Shown one piece after another: positions 30,611 through 39,754 of a DNA stretch of 63,265 bases. This DNA is from a virus (taxonomy: Duplodnaviria; Caudoviricetes), in IMG/VR virus record IMGVR_UViG_3300009414_000002, positions 1-63,265 of that record; one strand, written 5' to 3'. Position 1 is the stretch's first letter. Every line of letters begins with the position of its first letter. The position numbers and the translations under genes were made by a program. The notes beneath the pieces were generated by a model. The model was not told the DNA's origin and searched no databases. It was given only the letters and a program-made list of their open reading frames with translations.

Positions 30611-31275
30611 TCCGTCGTTCCAGACGCAACGGCCCATGCCGACAACAAGCCAGCAATCGCCGTTTCATCCGGCGTCAAATGGTCTTTCAGCGTACTTCCC
30701 TCTTCGCAAATCTTAAGTCGCGCATTGACGTACTTTTCATACAGTTCTCGAGGTAGTTCCATGTGCAGTGGAATGAGATCGTTTTCCAATGCTTGGCCTT
30801 CCAACTCCCCTGCGCCAACTTGATTCGGGTTGATGTCCGCATCGCTTAAGTCTGCAATTGCTGAAAGTGCGTCCAACTCATCTTCCAAAAACGGGAACAG
30901 TGCGTCTGCATCCATTGCTTGAATGTTTTCCACCAGCTTTGCGAGCATGATTTGATCTGGTTCGCCGCGAAGATGATTCAAGATCAACGTCAATTGCTTG
31001 GCTTGCGACTCGCTTATCTTGCCGAGTGTGTTCACTTCGACATCTTCCCATCCGAGTTCCTTCAACAGTTTCCAACGGTGGAACCCGTCGATGATTTCGA
31101 ACCCGGCAGACTCCTCGACTTGCCTGACGGTAATGGGCTGAACGTATCCGAACTTCTCCAAGCTCTCGCGCTCTTTTTCGTAGATTTCATGGTCCATTTG
31201 ATTTGGATTCCACGAGTTCGGTCTTAGTTCGTTGATGTCAACTTTGATCACATTGATATTGCTTACTGTTCCCAT
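30607..31275 (-). CDS. ParB-N domain protein (DNA-modification-cluster associated)
   Basis: L.PN.WNPN, SL.KFG..QPI.V, EIIDGFHRW. Confidence 0.85.
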   Translation of the reverse strand: MGTVSNINVIKVDINELRPNSWNPNQMDHEIYEKERESLEKFGYVQPITVRQVEESAGFEIIDGFHRWKLLKELGWEDVEVNTLGKISESQAKQLTLILNHLRGEPDQIMLAKLVENIQAMDADALFPFLEDELDALSAIADLSDADINPNQVGAGELEGQALENDLIPLHMELPRELYEKYVNARLKICEEGSTLKDHLTPDETAIAGLLSAWAVASGTTD

Positions 31276-32084
31276 GACACACCTTTCCTGTCCCAAAATT
31301 CAGTTATTTCTCTCGCCATCTGCGTGTACTTTCTGATAACCATCGGAACGCAATCGTGCGCCCTGTTTCTAGATAGCCTCCTCTTTGCCGTTGCTTTGCT
31401 CGGATGCCACCTTTTCCCAACTTGGAACTTTCCTCGTGGGTCCGCAACGAGTCCGTACTTGTAAGGATTCGTCCACGTCGTTGAATCCGCTGAATACAAA
31501 GGCGCTCGATACCACACTTCCGTCTTGGTGATTGCGAACCCATGAACTTTGACGCCAGCGTCATACGCCCGCATTACCATAGCCGGCGCGTCTTTCAACC
31601 CGTCGTTGGTAAACCCAACGTAGTCGAACTCTTCCAGCCATTCATCCCACACCTTGTAAGCGTTTGGAATGATGCTGTGCCAAACGGGCAATACGCGATG
31701 ACCTTCGTCTTGAAGCTCTTTTCTCATTTCCAGAACAAGCCCGTATGGGATGAGAGCGTAGATGTCCAGTTCGGCAACCCAGAGAAGTTGCCCTTTCATT
31801 TTGCGGGCAAGTTTTTTCAACTTGTCGAACGTGTCACGCACTTTTGGAACTTTGGTTCTTGGTTTTGTCGGCGTATGCCGTCTCCAAGCATCAGACCCGT
31901 AAACATTGATCAGCGTGTGTGCCCCGGAATCCAAAACGAAATCTGCCCCGTCATAGAGGTCTATCTCGATGTTTTTTTCTGCCAATGGGCTCCCAAGCCG
32001 CCCTAGCAAGTCCGGGTTTTGGTTGATTGCTTCTGCAATCATTGGCTCGGACTCCTGCCCGCCACCAGCAAAGTAAACTTTCAT
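31263..32084 (-). CDS. dpdA: TGT-fold DpdA-like 7-deazaguanine DNA transglycosylase
   Basis: FVLDSGA, ELD, PVWH, KVHGF and SADSTTW motifs; in a cluster with folE/queD/queE. Confidence 0.7.
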   Translation of the reverse strand: MKVYFAGGGQESEPMIAEAINQNPDLLGRLGSPLAEKNIEIDLYDGADFVLDSGAHTLINVYGSDAWRRHTPTKPRTKVPKVRDTFDKLKKLARKMKGQLLWVAELDIYALIPYGLVLEMRKELQDEGHRVLPVWHSIIPNAYKVWDEWLEEFDYVGFTNDGLKDAPAMVMRAYDAGVKVHGFAITKTEVWYRAPLYSADSTTWTNPYKYGLVADPRGKFQVGKRWHPSKATAKRRLSRNRAHDCVPMVIRKYTQMAREITEFWDRKGVSWEQ

Positions 32085-33211
32085 TCCGTAATCCCCGCTG
32101 AAATTGAAGCTATTTTTGAAGACGCCGCTTCATGATCTCGCCACCAGTATTTCCTCATCACATCATCTCTGAAATCAACAACACGTCTCTCTCCCTTCAA
32201 ACACTCAATCATCATGTTGAGGGCTTGTTGCTTTTCTTCATACAAAAACGGGTACCTTTCACTCAACGTGTCATTGAGAATTTGCGGAAGGACCTCTGGA
32301 TAAGATTTGTTGTTTGGTGCGATTGGAAGAGCTCCATTCAGCGCCGCTTCCAAGCATGAGTATCCAAAGTTCTCTTGCTTCGCCAACGAAATCCAGCACG
32401 TCGCCTTGCCAAGAAGGTTCAAATAATCGGGTCGGTCCAAGGGACCCCCATTTGGACCCGCTTGCATGGTCCAGACGAATTCGCCCCTACCGGCGATCTG
32501 AATCGCTCGTTTCGCCCATTTCACTGCGTCGGTCTGGCGTTTTTCGGGGTGATCGCGACCCGTGAACACAATCAACGGTTGCCTGTCGTCTGCTGGCATC
32601 CTCTTGGCAGCAACGTGGTCGTCCGTGTGGAACGGCAATCCGGTGGCATGGACCTTTCGGTCAATGCCTGACTTGTTAACCCTCCAGTGTTCATGGCAAA
32701 GCTCTCGCTTGTGGTGGTTCGTTCCAACGTAGATGTGCCGGAACAGTTGAAGGAACGTGCGTTCGAAGCAACTAACCCACTCGCCATTTGTTTTTCTGGA
32801 CATCGACGCCACGGAATCGCTTGCTGTCCATGACCCGGCATGGAGGATGGCGTCGAAATGGAGTTCGATTCCTTTCATTTGCGCCGCATAAGCAACGCCT
32901 TCGATGCCGGGGAACCATCCGTCCCCCAGCAAAATCACATCCCCGCTTGAAACTTCTCCGGTTTGTATCATCGAGCAAAGCAATGAAATTTGTTTGCTTT
33001 TGTATTTGATTGTTCCGGTTGCGCTCAAAAACTCATGTGATTCAAGGGCTTCTGACATATAGCTCGGGGTGACTGAAGCGACATCCACACCTTTCAGATT
33101 GCCAAGCGATTCTAAAATTCTCTCGTTGAAATGTTTGCAGTACCTCGACGGGATCTCTTCAATGCCGACGTACACTATTTTTTCAGGTGATTTGCGCTTG
33201 GACGTGAACAT
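32081..33211 (-). CDS. GT-B (GT4-like) glycosyltransferase
   Basis: FTGR.HPEK and ENFGYSCLEA (EX7E) motifs. Confidence 0.85.
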   Translation of the reverse strand: MFTSKRKSPEKIVYVGIEEIPSRYCKHFNERILESLGNLKGVDVASVTPSYMSEALESHEFLSATGTIKYKSKQISLLCSMIQTGEVSSGDVILLGDGWFPGIEGVAYAAQMKGIELHFDAILHAGSWTASDSVASMSRKTNGEWVSCFERTFLQLFRHIYVGTNHHKRELCHEHWRVNKSGIDRKVHATGLPFHTDDHVAAKRMPADDRQPLIVFTGRDHPEKRQTDAVKWAKRAIQIAGRGEFVWTMQAGPNGGPLDRPDYLNLLGKATCWISLAKQENFGYSCLEAALNGALPIAPNNKSYPEVLPQILNDTLSERYPFLYEEKQQALNMMIECLKGERRVVDFRDDVMRKYWWRDHEAASSKIASISAGITE

Positions 33212-34169
33212 TGTTCCTCTCTTGAAAGTGACGGACTGTCGCGTCGTTTTCTCCATCTTCCGAAACCGTTACGCGAACCCACGGAATTTCTGGAAATTCA
33301 GAGCAAATTGCAGATGCCAAGGCGTTCCCAATCTCTTCGCACGACGCAGTTTCAAAAATGTTGTTGAGCGTTTTGCACAAAAGATCGTCACAGCATGACT
33401 GGAGTATGTGGAATTCGATTTGACGCGATTTCAAAATCGGAACCGTCGCGGAGCATTTGAACAAATGCCGATGATTTTTCCTCAAATACATGACTTCATC
33501 TGGGGCATCCGGCCAATGATGGAAACCAACGGCTTGGAACCTGACTGTTATCGAAGTGTGTTCGTCGGTTTTTGAATATTCACAACCTTGGCTCAATGGG
33601 CATTCCAAGCAAGCTGGAGTTGTGTTGTGGCAAACCAGTTCGCCAATGTCTTTCAGCGCGATCATCAGGTCGTAGTTGCGATGCCTTGTCATCGTCAATG
33701 ACGCCAAGAATCGCTTTGGATCGCCTTTCAGCCTACTCGCAACCCTGATTATGTGAGCATCCGTTGGTGGTGGAGTGTCGGTTTCACCACGAGCCATTTT
33801 GATCAGAGGTATTGCAGACCCCCAGTCAAATGAAGACTTGGATGCTGGAACGCCTATTTCCCCATCCAGCCACATCGCGACGGAAGTGACGATTGATCTC
33901 TGATACCACGGAAGTGGGAGGTTGCTCAGGCGGTTTTTCTGGGCTTCAGGTGTCAGCTTAAGCCAGTCGCCAAACGTTGAAATTCCGGTGAAAATGCCCT
34001 TGAACTCTGATTCAAGTACCGGTGTGTCCGTGTACTCAAGAAGAGCCAAAGACATGAAAAACACATCCGGTGGACAGTCCGGTGTTCGCCAAGGCAAAGC
34101 TCTTCTTTCGCAATTATGGCTGTAGTAAATGGCAAGTGTGTCTTGTAGGTATTTCAGGTCGCCAGACAA
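33183..34169 (-). CDS. Fusion: MutY/EndoIII-like HhH-GPD [4Fe-4S] domain plus QueD-like T-fold (DpdL-like)
   Basis: RALPWR, DAHIIRV, C-X6-C-X2-C-X5-C; C-terminal GFHHWPDAP, LRKNHRHLF, SCE, VSEDGEN. Confidence 0.75.
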   Translation of the reverse strand: MSGDLKYLQDTLAIYYSHNCERRALPWRTPDCPPDVFFMSLALLEYTDTPVLESEFKGIFTGISTFGDWLKLTPEAQKNRLSNLPLPWYQRSIVTSVAMWLDGEIGVPASKSSFDWGSAIPLIKMARGETDTPPPTDAHIIRVASRLKGDPKRFLASLTMTRHRNYDLMIALKDIGELVCHNTTPACLECPLSQGCEYSKTDEHTSITVRFQAVGFHHWPDAPDEVMYLRKNHRHLFKCSATVPILKSRQIEFHILQSCCDDLLCKTLNNIFETASCEEIGNALASAICSEFPEIPWVRVTVSEDGENDATVRHFQERNNVHVQAQIT

Positions 34170-34193
34170 ATGTTCCTCCTTGCTGTCAGATCG

Positions 34194-34736
34194 TCAAAAA
34201 GCGATGTGCAGGAATTCTGACCTGCAAGCCGCATCTTCTTTCATGCACCCCCTGAGTGCCGATGTTGTTGTTTGTGCGCCGGTTCTCTGGACGCCTCGCA
34301 TGGACATACACAAGTGTTCTGCTTGCAACACAACTCCAGCACCGAGTGGTGCCAGTTGGTTGTAAAGGTAGTCCGCGATTTGATTTGTGAGATATTCTTG
34401 CGTTTGCGGCCTTAGTGAAAACTTGTCCACTACTCGAGCTAGCTTGCTCAACCCGCATATCTTTCCACTTGGATCTGGAATGTACGCGACCACCGCAGTG
34501 CCGAAAAATGGAAGCAAATGATGCTCACAGAACGAATAGAACATTATCTCCGAACAAACGATCATTTCATCTGTGCCGTTTGCAGGAAACGTCGTCAAAT
34601 TAAAGTCTGATCTCGCCTCGAACTCCTTCCACATTCGAGCGACTCGATCTGGCGTTTCAAGAGTGCCTTCAACCCCATTGTGTGGGATTTGAGACAACAT
34701 CGCTTCAACGGCTCCTTTTATGATCGATTCGTTCAT
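34194..34736 (-). CDS. folE: GTP cyclohydrolase I
   Basis: ETP.RVA, CEHHLLPFFG, GLSKLAR, QE.LT, HLCM.MRG. Confidence 0.95.
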   Translation of the reverse strand: MNESIIKGAVEAMLSQIPHNGVEGTLETPDRVARMWKEFEARSDFNLTTFPANGTDEMIVCSEIMFYSFCEHHLLPFFGTAVVAYIPDPSGKICGLSKLARVVDKFSLRPQTQEYLTNQIADYLYNQLAPLGAGVVLQAEHLCMSMRGVQRTGAQTTTSALRGCMKEDAACRSEFLHIAF

Positions 34737-35413
34737 GGCAACCCAATGAACTTGTGTGTTTGGACTGAAAGTCTCCAATCGGTGTTGTTTTTCAAAAACT
34801 CAATGCACTGTGCGGTGTTGTCGCTTGAAATGCGTGGATCAACATCCCACTGGGGTTGGATGTACTTGTGTGAAATGTGCTCGGGTCCGCAAAGCGTTTC
34901 AACTTGCGTGTTCAATTCCAATGGGTCGAACTCTGGGCAAACGACTTTCAACTCATCATAACGCTGAGGAACAAACGGCATTGGGGGCTTTGGGCTCAAT
35001 GTCACCCAAGCCACTTCCTTTGGAAGCTCATTCGAACCATTTGTTTCGACGTGGACTCGAATTGCGTGCCTAGTCATTTGTTTCACAAGTTCCGTGTCGA
35101 TTTGAAGCGACGGTTCCCCACCAGTCATTACCGCAGTGGCTTCGCTGTTGTTGGGCCACAGCTTCCTTATCGTGTGAGCCAGTTCCGATGCCGTGTATTT
35201 GCCTCCAAGTGGACCATCTGTACCCACAAAATCCGTGTCACACCACAACGCACAACGGCCCTTCTCTACGTTCCGCTTGCGGTCCTCTTCGCGCCCCGTC
35301 CATACGTTACACCCCGCATACCGGACGAACACCACGGGACAGCCCGAATAAGCACCCTCGCCTTGAATTGAAAAGTACACTTCTTTAATCGCGTACGTTT
35401 TGTTCTCGTCCAT
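34733..35413 (-). CDS. queE: 7-carboxy-7-deazaguanine synthase (radical SAM)
   Basis: SIQGEG, VFVR..GCN, CDTDF, TGGEP, ETNG, SPK, WRLSVQTHK. Confidence 0.93.
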   Translation of the reverse strand: MDENKTYAIKEVYFSIQGEGAYSGCPVVFVRYAGCNVWTGREEDRKRNVEKGRCALWCDTDFVGTDGPLGGKYTASELAHTIRKLWPNNSEATAVMTGGEPSLQIDTELVKQMTRHAIRVHVETNGSNELPKEVAWVTLSPKPPMPFVPQRYDELKVVCPEFDPLELNTQVETLCGPEHISHKYIQPQWDVDPRISSDNTAQCIEFLKNNTDWRLSVQTHKFIGLP

Positions 35414-35446
35414 GTTAGCACTCCAATTTGAATCCGGTCCAGCGTA

Positions 35447-35521
35447 TTACCAGCAATTTCGAATCCAAAGGAAAGTCGACGCTCCGCACAAGAATCCGAC
35501 AATGAATGTGCTGATGTCCAT
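35447..35521 (-). CDS. Possible 24-aa hydrophobic peptide MDISTFIVGFLCGASTFLWIRNCW
   Basis: Fills the queD-queE gap; AAGGA upstream. Confidence 0.3.
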   Translation of the reverse strand: MDISTFIVGFLCGASTFLWIRNCW

Positions 35522-35561
35522 GTTCTAAATAATCCTTTTTTATGCCCAGACCCCGCAAAAG

Positions 35562-36005
35562 TTAAGACACAGGGTAGTCAGCCCAGCAGTTTGGGGTTTC
35601 ATACAGACGGACTGACTTGATCTCAACGCCGGTATTGTCCTTGGAGAACAGATCCGAAGCCGTTGAAAACAGAAGTTTTACCATATTTTCGGCTGTTGGA
35701 TTGCATTCCATGATGAATACTTTCATGCTTCGCTCAAGAAAAGCGTCTGCCAAATCGTCGTCTTCATGCAAGATCATCCCGTGGTCCAAATTGAGGTCTA
35801 TCCACGAGCCAAACAGTTCTTTTATGACGGAGAAGTCTACTACCCTACCAATGCCGTCAAGAGAGCCGTCTTCCGCTACGCAGCAAGTCAACTCAACCAC
35901 ATACCGGTGTCCGTGGTAATGTTCACACTTGCCTCCGTGATTTATCAGCCTATGTCCTGCGTCAAACTCGAGCTTCCTTGTGCAGGTCGGTTCTTGTGAA
36001 CTCAA
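35562..36005 (-). CDS. queD: 6-carboxy-5,6,7,8-tetrahydropterin synthase
   Basis: FDAGHR, CEHYHGHRY, VDF, LDH, PTAEN, ETP. Confidence 0.93.
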   Translation of the reverse strand: MSSQEPTCTRKLEFDAGHRLINHGGKCEHYHGHRYVVELTCCVAEDGSLDGIGRVVDFSVIKELFGSWIDLNLDHGMILHEDDDLADAFLERSMKVFIMECNPTAENMVKLLFSTASDLFSKDNTGVEIKSVRLYETPNCWADYPVS

Positions 36006-36604
36006 TGTAGATCCTCATCATTCGTGGGCCTTTCCCGGTCATTGGAAAACGCAATCGCTTCTTCAAGACTCAAATTGACATCGTGCATGGTCACGGTCGA
36101 ATATTCTTCATCTGAGTTGTCACTCGACAACACTTTGTACACCGCCTTCATCACTGCATCTTTGTTTTCTGGTTCCACGGCAACCATCGCGGCAAGAATT
36201 TGGTCTGCGTGAATTCTTAAGATCATGGGAACGAGCAGTGTTTCTCCCGGCATTTGAGATTTTTCGTAAGGGTCTGAGTACATTGTCATTTCAAGTTCTC
36301 CATCCCCAACACGAACGGTTTTTTTGTTCATGTCTTTGTACCATTCGGAAATAACCTCTTGAAAGGTTTCGTTGGGTGGATTCTTCCTTGACCAAGGGAC
36401 GAGTTCCGTGAGCGTTAAGCCGAGCATATAAAACATGGTTCCAATGACAGGATGGTCGCGAAATACTTCAGGCACATCCTTGTTGGTGCCGTTTAAGTGC
36501 TCGAACAATTCAGCGGCCGCGATTAGCGCTCCCGGGATGTCACGGTCGCACACTTTGTCGCATATCTCTTGCAACGCGGCGTTTGTGTCTTTTTGTTCTT
36601 TCAT
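36002..36604 (-). CDS. Hypothetical protein
   Basis: GGAGG RBS; coupled to neighbours. Confidence 0.6.
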   Translation of the reverse strand: MKEQKDTNAALQEICDKVCDRDIPGALIAAAELFEHLNGTNKDVPEVFRDHPVIGTMFYMLGLTLTELVPWSRKNPPNETFQEVISEWYKDMNKKTVRVGDGELEMTMYSDPYEKSQMPGETLLVPMILRIHADQILAAMVAVEPENKDAVMKAVYKVLSSDNSDEEYSTVTMHDVNLSLEEAIAFSNDRERPTNDEDLH

Positions 36605-37104
36605 TTTGCAACGCCCTCCATGCGCCGACCATATTCGCCAAGCAAAAGAGCCGATGCGCGGTTATGGTCTTTTTTTCTGCTGAAATCCATTTCCGGCCAG
36701 AGGCGCGATGCCGCCAATATCGCCCTCCCTTTCGTGTCCGTCCCTTCTACGTCAGCGAGCATCGACTTCATCCACCTCTGAGGCGTAACAAGCTCATACG
36801 GTGTTTTGAGTGTGGCGATACACCCTTCCAGCATTCCAAATGAGCGCCCGAAAGAAAAAACGCTTACAACTCCTTGGCCGGGACGCGAATTTACCTTCTC
36901 GAGTATGACTTTTGACCTTTTGGAATACGGCTTGATTAAGTTCACTAGATGCGACAAGTGAAGCTCCTTTCTTTTCCCCACTTTTATCGTTGGGAAATCG
37001 GAACTGAGTATCGAACGACCGGCGTGGTCTACTATGCCGATGGCACCGCTCAACCCGGGATCTAGCCCGATATAGAAGTCATATTTTTTATCTTCTCCAA
37101 CCAT
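36601..37104 (-). CDS. RuvC-like Holliday junction resolvase
   Basis: YIGLDPGLSGAIG, LEKV, FSFG..FG, P..W, DHNRA.ALL. Confidence 0.85.
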   Translation of the reverse strand: MVGEDKKYDFYIGLDPGLSGAIGIVDHAGRSILSSDFPTIKVGKRKELHLSHLVNLIKPYSKRSKVILEKVNSRPGQGVVSVFSFGRSFGMLEGCIATLKTPYELVTPQRWMKSMLADVEGTDTKGRAILAASRLWPEMDFSRKKDHNRASALLLGEYGRRMEGVAK

Positions 37105-37312
37105 TGGAACTCCTCTATGTGAATGAGGCATCTGTATCGGGCCATGCCTCCCTGCGCCCGCCAGTGTTGCTTTGTGATCAAGGGAGATACGCGGCAAGCA
37201 CTGACTTCCCGAGATTCACGCCTTACTCGGGCTGGCGACCGTGGAAAGCGAAACAACACACGTTGCGAGTTATTACTCAACGTAATCGCTGTCCACGGAT
37301 TTAGAGTCACTG

Positions 37313-37546
37313 CTATGCAGCGCTGTTGGGATTGAGTTCATGTTGCCTCGCTTGCCATGCCGTGGCAATTTCTTTGAACTTTTTCCCTGAGACGGGCAAC
37401 TTGAAATCAGCGCCGCACTCCTTGCACTGCCTGTGCGTTTTTTTGATATATTCCATCTTGCTGCTACCGCATGACCCACATTGGTCGTGCTTGCAATCCG
37501 AAAGATGCCATTGGATCGGTAAATCCAAGAACAATTGATCAGCCAT
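37313..37546 (-). CDS. Small zinc-ribbon protein
   Basis: CGSC...CKEC; AGGAGG RBS. Confidence 0.6.
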   Translation of the reverse strand: MADQLFLDLPIQWHLSDCKHDQCGSCGSSKMEYIKKTHRQCKECGADFKLPVSGKKFKEIATAWQARQHELNPNSAA

Positions 37547-37558
37547 TTTTAACACCTC

Positions 37559-37897
37559 CTATCGTTGGCGGTTTTGGTGTAAACCCCAAATGTATTCAGT
37601 CTCCAAATCATTCACCCAACCAAGTTCCTTCAGCCGATCTCTGACATCTTCAGGCCAACGAGATTTGTTTTTGAAAAGGACCATGAACAACCATTTGACT
37701 TGCGGTTCCGTCACACGACAGTGCGTCAAACCAAGTCCGGTTTTTTCAATCATCTCTTCTACAAACTCCTTCGCTTTGTCGGACAACCTGCTTTCTGGAT
37801 TCTCGATAACATAGACAAGTGCTTTTAGTGCCACTATGGACCTGTCGTATTGTGTTACTTCTGAAATAACATACTGCATTGGGTCAAACACGTTCAC
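37559..37897 (-). CDS. Hypothetical protein
   Basis: ORF coupled to neighbours. Confidence 0.55.
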   Translation of the reverse strand: MNVFDPMQYVISEVTQYDRSIVALKALVYVIENPESRLSDKAKEFVEEMIEKTGLGLTHCRVTEPQVKWLFMVLFKNKSRWPEDVRDRLKELGWVNDLETEYIWGLHQNRQR

Positions 37898-38271
37898 TTG
37901 TCAATTGACCCCTGTTCCGTTTCCATAGCCAGAGTAACGCGCTCCAAAAATTTCACCGCTGGAGTTGAGCCACTCGAGTCCCCATGATTTTTTATCCATG
38001 CAAGTAAGCAGCATATTACTGCTTGCTGTAGATCCACATCGTGCTTTTCTTGAAATGACTTCCAGCCAATCTGATGGCCTTCTCTGTGGTGACCATTGCA
38101 CAATGGCACTACCGCGTAGTCCGTGACTTTCATGCCCATGCCTTTTTGGGTCACTCCTTGGATGGAGTGATGGTGGGCATCGACTGGAAAGCCAGTATCA
38201 CCGCAAATCCAGCAGTGATTTAACTCGCTGACGTACCGGAGGTACTTTTTGTCACGGACTGGTTTACCCAT
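37894..38271 (-). CDS. DUF968/HNH-like zinc-finger nuclease
   Basis: KYL.YV...CWICG..HH..K.TD...VPLC..HH..H. Confidence 0.75.
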   Translation of the reverse strand: MGKPVRDKKYLRYVSELNHCWICGDTGFPVDAHHHSIQGVTQKGMGMKVTDYAVVPLCNGHHREGHQIGWKSFQEKHDVDLQQAVICCLLAWIKNHGDSSGSTPAVKFLERVTLAMETEQGSIDK

Positions 38272-38458
38272 GCCCTTTCACCTCAAAACCACGTTTGTAC
38301 GATTGCGCTTGGCTTCTATTGAGGCCAGAAACAATTGGTGTCGCTTCTCCGAAAAACACTACACCTCGATGGCTTTTCGGCAGATCCGATTGGCGGAACA
38401 CTGCCCAACTGTAAAGGTCATCTCCATTGTATTTTCTGGTTGTGTACTTGGATGTCAT
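38264..38458 (-). CDS. Hypothetical protein
   Basis: Coupled small ORF. Confidence 0.5.
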   Translation of the reverse strand: MTSKYTTRKYNGDDLYSWAVFRQSDLPKSHRGVVFFGEATPIVSGLNRSQAQSYKRGFEVKGHG

Positions 38459-38943
38459 GCGCTGCCCGCTTCAACTGTCGCGTAAGGTCCACACGCAGGG
38501 CAATCAGATTTAGAAAACACAACACCGCATGGATCGGGTGGTTCTACACCAACACTTTTTCGAACATCTTGGGCCAATGGTGCTGTATGACGTATCGCTC
38601 CAGTTCCTTTGCAGTCATCGCACTTCCAGAAAATGCCACCCAATTTAACGACATCCGAGTGTTCTTGTAACTCGGTTTCGCACGCCTCGCATGGACCAAG
38701 TGGGATTTTTTCCGTCGATCTTAGCTCACCAAGTTTTTCTACTTTTGCTTCGCAGCACTTTTTCGCCGCACTCATGTCCCCAATGAACACTTGATTGCAC
38801 CCAGTGCATTTGTGCTTTAGCGAATGAGCGCCAACGAGAAGGATTTCGTTCATGTCCAACCCGCACCGATAACAGTACGTCAAGCGAGGGTTCAATCCTT
38901 CCGTGGGGTGCAGTGATAGCGTTTTGTCGTCATCATTCATCAC
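38455..38943 (-). CDS. Multi-CxxC zinc-binding hypothetical protein
   Basis: Five CxxC pairs; GGAGG RBS. Confidence 0.6.
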   Translation of the reverse strand: MMNDDDKTLSLHPTEGLNPRLTYCYRCGLDMNEILLVGAHSLKHKCTGCNQVFIGDMSAAKKCCEAKVEKLGELRSTEKIPLGPCEACETELQEHSDVVKLGGIFWKCDDCKGTGAIRHTAPLAQDVRKSVGVEPPDPCGVVFSKSDCPACGPYATVEAGSA

Positions 38944-39395
38944 TTTCCTCCGATCTGCTTCACCGAGTCGAGATCGGGGTCTGGCTCGTAGTTCGGACCT
39001 CGAGTCACTTCACATGATTCGATGCCTTCCACTTCATCGACCAACTCCTCCTCCACTTCGAGGACTGAGATCACATTTATGTCTTCGTGATCTTTTCCCA
39101 CCGGGTGACTGCCAAGGTAAATGACGGCAGCATCCCCGCATTTGAACTTGTGCCCAACTGACCGTGCGTCCATGACTGCTGAAACGTCTCCAATCTTGAA
39201 GTACCCGTATGTGTTGTCATTAACCAAAACACGGAATTCTTCTTTCTTTCCTTCCAGTTTCCCGCTTACTGAAATCTGGCAATCAAATTCCGATTCAGTC
39301 CCATTCACGCACGGAGCTTTCATCCAATGGACACGCACTTGCTCGCCAAGCAAGCCAAACAACGATTTTGAAAACTTTTCCAAACTGCAATACAT
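38940..39395 (-). CDS. Hypothetical protein
   Basis: CAACAAGGAGG RBS before ATG 39395. Confidence 0.6.
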   Translation of the reverse strand: MYCSLEKFSKSLFGLLGEQVRVHWMKAPCVNGTESEFDCQISVSGKLEGKKEEFRVLVNDNTYGYFKIGDVSAVMDARSVGHKFKCGDAAVIYLGSHPVGKDHEDINVISVLEVEEELVDEVEGIESCEVTRGPNYEPDPDLDSVKQIGGK

Positions 39396-39601
39396 TGACC
39401 TTCCTCCTTGTTGAAAATGCCCAGCTTCACCCGTTTGTTCGCCACGACCTTGCTTGGAAAAATCAAAAACAAGCTGAGTCGCTGCTGGGCGGGCTACTAT
39501 TTGGAGCCCCTGTAGCGTGAGTACCGATTCATTGCGCCGGCTACAGGGACACACGGTGTGCTCATGTTCAATGTCAGGCGCAATCTCCAACCCATTCCAT
39601 T

Positions 39602-39754
39602 TCAGTTGCCTCCTTTTGACTTAGATTCAATCTCTTTGAATTTGACATCGGACCACGAATTAATCGCTTTGCCAAAGGTCCCAATCACACTCAAAGCGAC
39701 AGTCACCCACGCCAAGTCCAAAATGAATTCTGAAAATTTCCACCAATCCATCAT
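39602..39754 (-). CDS. Small membrane protein
   Basis: AAGGAG RBS; one TM helix. Confidence 0.45.
   Translation of the reverse strand: MMDWWKFSEFILDLAWVTVALSVIGTFGKAINSWSDVKFKEIESKSKGGN

Noticed and set aside
30607-31275. ParB as evidence of a plasmid-prophage partition system
   Set aside because: No ParA was seen; ParB-N proteins commonly accompany phage DNA-modification clusters.
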